DNA of 62,949 nt, counting the filler, from Hyphochytrium catenoides (taxonomy: Eukaryota; Protista; Hyphochytriomycota): assembly GCA_900088475.1 (NCBI GenBank). It is 10 parts of 10 records of this genome, joined end to end, with 100 filler letters (N's around TTAATTAATTAA, not from the genome) between each part and the next. Parts side by side here need not be neighbours in the genome. Positions count along the whole stretch, not along the records: positions 1 to 14,818 come from FLMG01002940.1; 9 more parts are not named here. The stretch is one strand, 5' to 3'. A program made the position numbers and the translations under genes. Below the pieces are notes generated by a model. It had not been told where the DNA came from, searched no databases, and worked only from the letters and a program-made list of their open reading frames with translations. Positions 1 through 10,320 of the stretch are shown piece after piece (within the stretch, counting starts at the first letter, position 1; the number at the start of each line of letters is the position of its first letter).

Positions 1-930
1 AAGGAGATATGAAAATGTGTACTAGAACAAGAAGGGGAAGAAGAGCAAAAGCTAGTAGACCAGAAAGAGAAACAAGAGGAAGGAAGCAACATGGTGCTCA
101 TTCCGTTTTATAAAGTTTACACATTTAATGGGCTTTTATTAGCGATCAATTCTTATAACGAACTGACTCATAGACTACTGTTTTATCACTATAGAAGAAG
201 GGGATATGAAAATATGTAGGCCTTACTATAAGGTTACGAATAAGAAGGAGGCCAAGAGAGAAAAGGAGTAGGGGCGAGTTGGCCAGATGATGGACGGAAG
301 ACTTTATCCCGGCCTTGCAATGAGGGAATGGAGCTGGGGGCGAGCTCGCATTGTGAGATAGAAGAGCACTCGAACTACAGATAAACAAAGTTTGGCGGCA
401 GATTTTGGCGCCAAACCTTCTGAATTTTGGAGCTCAGTCAAGCGTTTCATCACTCTCAAAAGGTGGGGGGCTCTCCTGTGTAAACGTTAGGCTTATGTTA
501 GGCCATAGTTAATATTAGGCAGCTCGGGTCAGCTCGGGTCCCAATAGTAAATGTTAGGCTTCTGGACTCGAGTCCACCCCCGAGCTGGAGGAGTTGGACT
601 CGAGTCGGACTCACGACAAGAATCGGACTCACGACCCATCAGTATTCTGGGTCCATTGCCATTACTGCCCATACAAACCTTCACGTTTCTCGCGAACTCA
701 CCCGTAGTTCTAGGCTAGAAAGAGAAAACATAGGGAGCATCCGAGAGCACTCACCGGCCACTAAGGGCGGCTGGGGAGAATCGACATGAAGCGGGTGCTG
801 CTGGGACACTGAGGCAGCGAGGATTTCATGTCCCTCACTGACAACCGGAGAAATGGTAGAAGTAGGGGCGGCCGTAGCTTGAGGAGGAGGAGGAGAAGAA
901 AGAAAAGAAAGCAAGAAGTAGAGGTGGAAA
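1..930 (-). mobile_element. Degenerate copies of a CRE-like element 3' tail (about 1-105 and 715-930)
   Basis: CCACTAAGGGCGGCTGGGGAGAATCGACA (~758) and GCGGCCGTAGCTTGAGGAGGAG (~867) match 44648-44825. The window start (GATATGAAAATGTGTACTAGAACAAGAAG) resembles 44540-44570. Confidence 0.55.
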
Positions 931-2454
931 AAGAATGCAGCAAGCGGGACTACGTAGTTCTACTGCTAGAATTACTCCAGCTATTATTACTCCACTTACA
1001 AAGACGGGTTTGGGCATGTGAGATTGAAAGTACAATTGAAGCTAGAAGGCCATTTGCCGGTGTCCCTTTGTCATAGCGTCAGTAGGCCGCAACTTTGCCC
1101 TTCGCTTATGGCAGTACCACTTGACCAACCGCTTCATCGGGCGGCAGTTGATCCTCCGCAATGGATGGTTACTTTCAATAAGACGCTCTCGTAGAGTCCG
1201 AACACAACGATTATAGACTTTGACCACCCTTCACTGTAAGCTGCTGGATCGTCAGAGTTCCAACTGGAAAGGTTACTCCTCATGCTGGTGAAGATCCCCA
1301 TGTTATTCTTCTGAACGTGGGCAACATATTCTTGACTCTGTCCGAGAAGCCGGAGAATGTCTACTTGGTAAGACACTCTTCGGAAGAAGGAGTCATCATC
1401 ATCGTCCACAGCAGAGGAAGAATCATCATTCGTCACCACTTGGCTATTCGCCAATGTGGTGCTGTCAGTGGAGGCTTGTTGTTGTCTCGTGCGGATTGTA
1501 ACCTTTGCTGCTTCTCCCTCTGTGGCTCTCGCTGCATCAGATTCTCAGACGTGTACGCGCGGCCTCTCCTTCCCGACAAGTTTAATTGGACAGCTACGCG
1601 ATCGTAATCGCATCCAGATCTGCTGCACTTCAAGCAGGTGTCACAACGTGGCCGCTTACACGCACACTTGATTCTTAACGGGGCATTTTTCTAACTTCTT
1701 CCGCTTGAGCTGGTACATCGCTTCAAACAAGTCAGAGGTTGGCATTAGAAAGTCGTCATAATCCGCCCGCTGAAGATCAATTGATTCAAGGGGTACACTG
1801 GTAACAGACGAAGAAAAGAAAAAGATGATGAGGCGGCGCAGATAGATAGCCTACTAGGGCTTACTACATCATCCTGCTGAGATCTGGCGGGGAGGAACTG
1901 GTTCCAGATGCCCCAAAACGCCGCTCTTCCCGACGATGATCTTAGCTGCTCATAGTAATGATGTTATCCGTCATCATTATCCTCCCAGGCTCTTGGCCCT
2001 TCCTCTAATATAAACCATGGCTTCCTTCATCTTAGATACTGTTAAAAATTTGTCTCTTTTATGAACGATCGACTAACTAAGCCAGTAGTTAATACGTAGA
2101 CGAAATATGGGGTGGGCCATTGGGGATAACTCTCTGTCCGTTTTGGGGGAAGGAAAGTAGGTCCCAAGTTTCGACGCGTATCTTCATGGCAAAATGGAAC
2201 TTATGGACTCCACCGAGCAAGGCATTTCCTGTCAGGTGCGATGCAGGGATTGGTGCTAAGTGTCAGAGGATCGGAAGAATAAAGTTATTACTAGATGCGT
2301 CTTGTGATAGGAGATAATACTTCTTCGTATCCTCTCCTTCGTTCTTCGTCATCTCTTTTGCTTCTTAGTTAGAATATTCTTATAGCAGAAGAAACAAATT
2401 CAGAGTGAACCCTCCTCGATTTCTAGGTCATTATTTAGTCTCCGTTAGCAAAGG

Positions 2455-2870
2455 CTTTAACTCTTCACACCAGAACGTCTCTCGCGATCCATCATGAAGA
2501 GAATGCGCTACAGAAGAACATTCTGAAGCTTGTTCCTCTTCGGCAGTTGGAAGTCGCTCTTCTTCCTTGCCTGCTGATCGAGTGTGATAATGATGGTCTC
2601 GACCCTACGCCTTCTTTTCTCCAACCCCGCCCCTCCTCCTCCTCCTCCTCCTCCTCCACTTTTCCTCCTCATATCGTTATTGCCGACCGGAGTTGTCTCT
2701 TCTCCATTTTCTTCCTTCTTTTTCTTCTTCTTTCACTTCTCCTCCTCCTTCTTCTCATTCTTCTCTTGTTTTTCTGTCTTCTATCTTCTTCTTTTTCCTC
2801 TTCTCCTTCCCATTCTTCTCCTTCTCCTCTTTTTCTTCTCCTTCTCTACTTCTTCCATAGTAGCCTATAA
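2455..2870 (+). mobile_element. CRE-like non-LTR retrotransposon 3' remnant
   Basis: Encodes LHTRTSLAIHHEENALQ, nearly the same as LHTRISISIHEENALQ at ~43017-43065. A similar pyrimidine-rich tail follows. Confidence 0.6.
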
Positions 2871-2877
2871 TAATGCA

Positions 2878-3200
2878 TAAAATTCCTAAAATAAAACTCA
2901 CAGTGCGAGTGAAATTCCTAAAATAAAACCCACAGTGCGTGCACCCTTTTATAGAATTTGGCTGAGGCTGCCTACTTTCGGGTGGCACTTGAGGAGGATG
3001 CTGAACATTTATCTTTTGAAATAACAACGAGAGTGAAGGTCCCAGTAACCTTTCACTTTCGGGTAGTGTAACAAAAGGCCCTATTGGAAGTCACAATACA
3101 GCGTTTTATATTTGCCTACTGTCGTCTACTTTCGGGTAGCCCGTGGGGAGGATTCTGTAAACGTTCTTGGTGACCTGAAGCAACCTGAGAGTGAAGGTCA
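2878..3200. repeat. Short direct repeats, possibly DNA-transposon subterminal repeats
   Basis: AAATTCCTAAAATAAAAC(T/C)CACAGTGCG occurs twice in tandem, ACTTTCGGGT three times and GAGAGTGAAGGTC twice. Confidence 0.5.
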
Positions 3201-3799
3201 TAGAAAGCCTTTCTTACCTGGTTGTGATGAGGAGCTCAACCTCTCTCTCTCTCTTCTTCCTCTCTCCCGTCTCTTCTTCTCTCTTTCTCTTTCTCTCCCT
3301 TTCTCTTTCTCTTTCTCTCCATCTCTCTCTCTTTCTCACCTCTCTGCTGTCTCTCTCTCTCTGTCTCTCTCTCTTTTTCTTTCTCTCTCTCTCTGTCCTT
3401 TCTGTCTCGTTATTATCATCTCCCCTCCTTGCTCTCTGTTTCTTATCTTACTCTATTCTTTCATCTGTCGGCTCGTCGTTTTGTTTCTCTAATCACTGAC
3501 GCAATTTTCTTCTTTGTCGTCCTCCTTTCCTAGTCTCTGGTCATCTTCTCTCTTCTTCCGTCCGTTCATCTCTGTTTTCCTCTACGAGGAGAGTGATCTT
3601 CAGTCTGTTACTGTTGTTGTTGGCGCTCTGCCCTTCATTCATTAGCAAAGAAAGGAGAAGACCGACCTTCCTCCTGATGATGCGACATCGATGAACTCTT
3701 CTTCACTTCTGAAGGTTCATACGGGAAGAAAGAGGAACGAAGGACGAAGAAGAAGTATCGCAGAGAACAAAGAAGAGCTAGAAGTAGCGGCTCCGACTG

Positions 3800-4345
3800 A
3801 TGGAGACTGCAGATGCCGTGTATTTCTATAGAGCCAAGGGCAAATATGGCTGCTTCAGCAACTTCTTCCTCTCGCGCTTCGTCGACAATGACGGCGTGGT
3901 CTACTGCTGCTCCGAACAATATTTTATGATGGAGAAGCTCAGACTCTTTGACCCGAACAATAGCGCGTTGGCCAAGGCCATCATGCGCTCCCGCAGCCCC
4001 ATGCAGATCAAGAAATGCGGACGGAAGGTGAGAAACTATAACCAGACCGTCTGGCAGGCACAGCGCTATGAGAAGATGCTTGCGGGGCTCCTGCTGAAAT
4101 TTGGTCAGAATGAAGAGATGGCAGGCGTGCTGCTGGCCACAGGAGAGAAGGCACTCTACGAGGCATCGCCCACCGACCGGATCTGGGGCATTGGTTATGC
4201 AGCTGGCAGCTTGCCTGGAGACATGAGTCTCTACGGACAGAACCTTCTGGGAAAAGCTCTGATGGAGACAAGAGAGAGATTGAGGCAAGAGGCGGCGGTG
4301 GCATGCCAGGAAGAAGAGGAGGAACAGAAGATAGAAGAGGCATGA
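3800..4345 (+). CDS. NADAR family protein (YbiA/RibX-like)
   Basis: Intronless, 181 aa, with family motifs FSNF, SEQYFM, K..GR.V, W, KF.QN, LL.TG, EASPTDRIWGIG and G.NLLGKALM..R. Confidence 0.93.
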   Translation: METADAVYFYRAKGKYGCFSNFFLSRFVDNDGVVYCCSEQYFMMEKLRLFDPNNSALAKAIMRSRSPMQIKKCGRKVRNYNQTVWQAQRYEKMLAGLLLKFGQNEEMAGVLLATGEKALYEASPTDRIWGIGYAAGSLPGDMSLYGQNLLGKALMETRERLRQEAAVACQEEEEEQKIEEA

Positions 4346-5737
4346 AGAAGAACTGGTTCGCCTCCTTCTGACCCGATCAAAAACCTCTATTAGCTGATAA
4401 AAGGATGGCTGGAATCTGTCTGGTCTGTTCTTGTCGCTCTATTCCTTCCTCTCCAGTCCATACATCGTCATAAAAAGAAAGCGTCTCACCCAAGAAGAAG
4501 AGAGACACAACAAAAGAATGAAAAGTAATTTACTAGCTACTTTATATATATATATATATNNNNNNNCTACTTTATATATATATATAAATAAATAGCTCAC
4601 TGTCTCCTTTGCTCACCGTTCACCTTTTCCTTCTCATCAGCGAGCAGGAGGTTCATGGTCCGATGGATAACATGAAACTCTAGACTTACTAACTGTTCGG
4701 AGCGTGGGCACGCTGCAAGCGATTGCATCATCTTCCTGTCAGCTTTCTGACTGCTCTACGGTCATCATCATCTTCCGCACCCCCAGCAGTAGTTGCTTGA
4801 GTTAGAAGCCAGCTCAAACATATCTACTTCTTCTTGCTGCCTTAGGATGACGGGCCGGTATTCAGTCTTCAGCTTATCCTTCTCCAATCCGCCCTGTCAT
4901 TATGTCATAGCCTGGTTCGGATAGGGTGAGCTCTGAGTTTACTTTCTACTTTCGTCACTCCCCGTCACACCCAGGACGGTAGGAAAGAAGAAGGCTAACT
5001 AAGAGTTGCCAACGAGGAAACGGGGACAGCGCAACAAGAAGCGCTGATAGCGGGTCTCTTGGTGGGAGGTAACATCATTCGACAGCCATAGTGAGATAGA
5101 CAAGGAAGGATAAATGTCTCCTCAACGGATCACTGGCGCTCTCCACCACCTGATGAGAGCAATAAGCAGCCTACCTCCTTGACAAAGAAGGAGCTTGCAA
5201 CCAAAGCAGAAGCCAGAATAGTCTGTGTGGACCATCAAACAATGTGGCCGCCTGCGGGCCGCTTACTCGGTAGCTAGATTTCTGAGCTTGTTGATTAGCG
5301 TTAGAGCAAAGCGTGAGGCTGATACTATGAAACAGACCAGCTACTGCTGTAAGCAGATATCTCAGTCTCGATCTCATCTCTCTTTCTCTTTTCTCCGCCG
5401 TCTATACTACGGCTGCCATCATAGCCTTTACTAAGCCACTGTCCTCCGATGTCAAGATTATGCTTCCCTAGTGATTAGCAGCATCAGCGGTCAAATAGAG
5501 AGTGGGAGCCAGAGGAGGAGGTAGCAGAGGTAAGGTGGATGAGGTGGTTTTTTTTTAATCTTAGTGGTCAGCCGTGAGGTAGCTCAAGGTAAGATGATAC
5601 TCAGTACATAATAGATAAACATAGCGTCAGCGGGACTGCCAGGGAGAGGTCTTTTGCATCAACATAAAGCGTTGCAGCCTGCTCTTCAGGTTCTCCTTGC
5701 GATCTTCGACATCCTCGTTTATTGAGGGTGCTGGTGT

Positions 5738-7403
5738 TTACTGCCGCTTGCGGGCAAAGTGATTGTTTGCTACTCCAAAGTTGACGCGATACGTTGCCAG
5801 CATGAGGTCAAGGACAGGAATGACGTAGTCGCTTTGGTACGGCTGAGGATTGCGCTGCCTGAGGCCTGCCCAGTGCCAGCGGAAGCGCCAACGATCGTTG
5901 CTGGCCGTTCTTATCGCTCTGTCAGTGGTCTTTGTGAGGTAGCCTCGTATGAGTTTCTTCATGTTCTGCACTGGCGTCGCGTCATGGAGGTAGCTCAGGC
6001 CCCGTACATAAGGCCCCCGGAAGGCAATAGCATCCACTCCTCCTAGACAGCTTGCATCAGACTCGCACATTCTCTCGAACACAGCTCCGTCCTCTTGGAA
6101 CCAGTTCATGGATTTGAGTGCCACCAGCTGGGCTCTGGCCAGAACGCTCTTGTCTCTGCTGTGTTTGTACAGCAGAGAGGCACCAGCCACGAAGACGCCC
6201 TGATTGTAAGTCCATGCACCTCCTCGAGCCTTGCAGTTCTCGTCCAGTCCATCCTCGAAGAGCCCCGTCTGTCGGTTATACGTTTTCTCAACCAGCCAGT
6301 TGTACTGCTTCACCGCTTCCGTCCAATACTTGTCAAGCTTAGTCAGATCGTACAGGGCTATGGAGAGGAAGAAGAAGAGGGAATTGGTGATAGTGTTCTT
6401 CGTGCGCTCGCCATCTTTCCAGACGACACCTTCCGTGCCGCACACATTGGCCCTGCCCACCTCCTTATCAATGGTGTTCCACACCGCTTCCGCTGACGCC
6501 AGCCAAACGGGATCATCCTTATAGACTCGCGCTGCCTCCACAGCAAACCATCCCCACCAGAGTTGGTCGTCATTGAACACGTTGGATGTTGGACGGTAGT
6601 TGCTGTTGATTCCTAGGCCCCCATCTCGCGCCCTAGTCAGGAGCGCTCTGTATTTCTGTTCTCCAAAGTAAGCGTCCCTGAGGACCATGGAGGTGTAGCC
6701 GACAGCACTGACCCACCAGTGGATGCCGCCGCTCATGGCTCCGCTGTGTGTGGGGTACAGATCTTGACTTGCTCTCTCAAATATTGAATCGACTGCCTTA
6801 CGAAAGGAGCGTCTGTCGGTCAATCGCACCCTGTTCCGCGTGTTTCTTCCCGCCTCGTTGGCTGCCATGTGGAACCAGTAGCTTTGTTAGCCTTAAACTT
6901 GAAGAATACTCAGGTGGCCAAGGTTCGAGCGAGAGGTGTACCTGGAAGAATGGTTATTCCGGAGATTTTGTCGTTCCAACTATCTCCGACCCAGTTCGTG
7001 CTGCCGATGAAGTCACTCACTTCATCGTCGTCCATGGGGCCGTCCGCAGAAACACGCAGTACGTAGCCACGCGCTAGCTTTATAGACGAGACTTTATCAT
7101 TGAAGTTACTTGGCAGATTGAAGAACCCTTGCTCGTAGAAGCAAATCGACTCTCCCCTGTAAGCAAGCAGGAGGATGGATGCAAGAGGTTAGGGCTTGTT
7201 TGGAGCTTGATTTCTACCCATGAAGACGATACGGACAAAAGGAGAAGAATACACGCAGCTTTCTTTCTTGTCCTTACTCACCTAAAATCATGTCCTGTGT
7301 AGAGGCAGGCAAGCGGTGATTTGCCTTCTACCGCTCTGCCTCCAAACAAGAGAAGCAAAGTCGTTCCCGCCAGGAACATGCCACTGATGTCTAGTTTAGT
7401 CAT
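5738..7403 (-). CDS. Secreted beta/gamma-crystallin domain + GH76 (alpha-1,6-mannanase/Dfg5-like) protein, 3 exons, 486 aa
   Basis: Exons 7403-7282, 7156-6942 and 6861-5738 are joined by GT-AG introns in consistent phase (1461 nt). Signal peptide MTKLDISGMFLAGTTLLLLFGGRAVEG. Greek-key motifs ACLYTGHDFRG..FNDKVSSIK and WNDKISGI. GH76 motifs FNDDQLWW, G.VW, KNTITN, DGL...C, WTYNQG and F(R)G.YVR.L. Confidence 0.88.
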
Positions 7404-9636
7404 TGTCCGTCCGGCTTCTGGCTGTTGATGGCTGGAGGTGGCTTGCAACAGTCTCCCGCTAGTAGAATGTGGTTGGTTCCTACTAATCAGGATGTCTCCT
7501 CAAGTCCCTGCGCGGCAGGGTAGTAGGGGACACGACTGCTAGGCAAACTTGCCCTCGTTGATGAAGTGGGAGAAATTTGCATAGTGAAGAGAGAAGCTTT
7601 GCGGGTCAGGGTCAAGGACGTGTCCCTTGAGCCTTCTGCGAAGACAGCAAGACAAAAGGAGAAGCTGGAAGAGAAGTGTGGCGCTGTAACTCACACAGGT
7701 GGTGCCTGCGGAATGGGAGGATAGAGGATGGTAGTAGGGATTGCTATGATGCTATGAAGCGGGCGGGATCCTTCCCCTAGAGAGCACTTGCTTGCTCTAA
7801 ACTTTACCTCTGTAGCCTCCGGTCTGCAAAGCGGACGCTAGCTGGCTGCCCTGCATCAGAAATGACAGAGCTGACAGCAAAGCGGAGGCTAACTGCTGCC
7901 TTGCATCTCGGCTACTACTATGCACACTGGCTCGATAGACAGCTACCATGTACTATGTGCCATACACCACTTCGATGGCTATTAGTTCTGGGTACTGTCC
8001 TCCCTAGATGTCCTGTTGGACGAACATTATTGTCCGCTTCAAAGAAAAAATAGCTGGAAGTGGCGTGCAGAGCGGTATACGGACGCTTCTTTATTTCTTC
8101 AGCCACTGCTCCTTCATGTCACTTCTGTTATTATCCACTTCTTAGGCTTCAAGCGCTCTGACCATCGCCACAGGAGGAGCCAAAATACACTCTTAGGATT
8201 GAGACCTTTCAACCTCTTGGGCCAAGGACACGTCTTGGCGTACTCTTCCTCAGTAGCTTATCAGCTTAGCCCCTGCCGGTAGTTCTATCATTTCGCTAGC
8301 ATTGGAGTCTAACTAAGTGAAGTCGTTCTACGACGGCCACGGTAGCAAATATTTTCATATTTGTTACTGTTCCACGGTCCAGGCTCGTGGTCTTTGCAGA
8401 GGAAGTCACATAAATTTTAGAGGAAGAGTGGTGCTACGCCTTCTTCCCTAGCCATGATCACAGGGCCACACGCCCGAGCCAATTATCTTGTACAGGCAGG
8501 TCCGGCTCTTCAAAGAGGCGATGGTCAGCTTCGCCAACACTCCAAAACCCCTTCTCTCGGCCAAGCACGACCAGCACACGAGCACACGAGCACACGATGA
8601 GCAGCAATACAGATGTAGGTCTAGACTAATCCTCAACGGGAATCGAGACAGACAGAGAGCAGTCTCTGCTCTTTGTACCGCGCTACCAGCCATCCTAGCG
8701 ACACAGACAGCAAAGAAAAGCCGTCCAGAATCGTGGCCTCGAGAGGTTTTCCATGGGCTAAGAAGCGTGGATGCGACTTCTTCTGCATTATTGTTGCATT
8801 TCAGCATATCTTATGGAATGGGGTTAACGCGCAGCGGGTCCGACCCAGCGAACAGCACCTGCCAGCAGGTGACCGAGCAAGCCCAGCGTATCGCATCTAG
8901 TTTTAGATATAAAGATAGACGACTTGTTATAGTTCTAGTTCTAGAGAGCATCTCCACCGTCGAGCTCTCAACGCTATACACTGTGCCCGCCGCTGACCAA
9001 ATTTAATGGCTCGAGCAGCTATCGTTAAGCCATTTTCCCGGAAGCCGGAAGCAATACTTCTCAGAGACGATATCTGTCTCATTGCTCCGCCAGGTTAAGG
9101 AACAATGCATTGTGGGAGGGACCTAGGATCGCCTTCGAGGGGCAAACTGACAGAGAGGAAGAGAGCCAGAGTGCAGCTGGTCTAATAGGAAATTTGGGGC
9201 CCGTGTAAAGAGAGAGAAAGAGAGGCAGCCAAAGAGGTAAAACATAAGAAAGAAGAAAGAGAGAGAGAGAGAAAGACAGAGAGAAAGACAGAGAGAGACC
9301 CGAGAGCTTACTTGCCTGGCGCCAAGTTCGAGCACGGTCCCTTGTGGAGGTCGGCATGGTCGTGGTTGTGGCCTCCTGCAGTGCATTTCGGCAGTCACAA
9401 GCTGTTTGTTGTCAGGACGGCAGTGCTTGCAGTAGATGTGCCGCTCGTCTTGCACTGCAGTTTCTAGTTAGGGTCACACCGCACGATCGAGGATAAGGGA
9501 GAAGGGTGACAGGGCGTTGACACAATGTCCAATTGTTGGCTAGTAGTCTCTTCCTCAGTTTCTCCCGCTCTTTCATTTCTCATATTCTTCACTCTCTCTC
9601 TCCCTCACTCTAACATCTCTTCATTTCTCTGTCCGA

Positions 9637-9670
<34 letters not shown>

Positions 9671-10320
9671 TCTTTCTCTCTCTTTCTCTTTCTCTGTTTC
9701 TGCCTCTCTCTCTCTCTTGCCTTACCTGACCTCTGTATAGTTCTCTCTAACTCTGTGTCTCTCCCATCAACGTCTCTTTGTCCTCTCGTTTTCCTCTACC
9801 TCTCCTCTGTTTCCTCGATCAATCTCCTTCTGTGCTCTCTCCTCCCTCTCCTCATGACCTGTGGCCAGCTTCTTTATTTGTGTCCTGTGCATACAGCATG
9901 AGCAGAGACACAATCGTCTGACTTAACTTTTCTCACTTCCGCGGCGGCCTTTGCCCGTCTCTCTGGATGTAGTTGTTCCTCGTCTCTTTGTTAGAAAGGT
10001 ACGACTCTCCTCGCTATCTTACCTGGAGAGTCACCTCATCTCGAGCCAATCTCGGTGCTATGCTATTATGAAGACGTAGAGTTGCAGAGGAATAGAGCAC
10101 TATCAAGGGAGAATCTTGAGAGAAGTTTGCTCATCTACTTTGTCGATCTTTTATTCAGAGTTATTTTCTTCTACCTCCTGAGACGTTGCTTTCTGCTCTA
10201 ATAAATGACATGGATGGACATAGAGAAGGACGTGGACGGCAACTGGGACACTGCTTTTCAACCTCTCCCTTGTCTCTCTGAGAAATGGCTCACCCTCGCC
10301 AGCATGTTGATGCCAGTCAA

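Noticed and set aside
484-560. TTAGGC copies as telomeric repeats
   Set aside because: Only four dispersed copies, not in tandem.
3740-3800. TAG reassignment suggested by in-frame TAGs upstream of NADAR and by general TAG abundance
   Set aside because: Centrin ends at TAG at the expected position, and the conserved DPH1 and chitin synthase exons I read contain no internal stops.
3635-4288. 217-aa antisense ORF over the NADAR gene
   Set aside because: Shadow ORF with no motifs of its own; the opposite strand carries the conserved family motifs.
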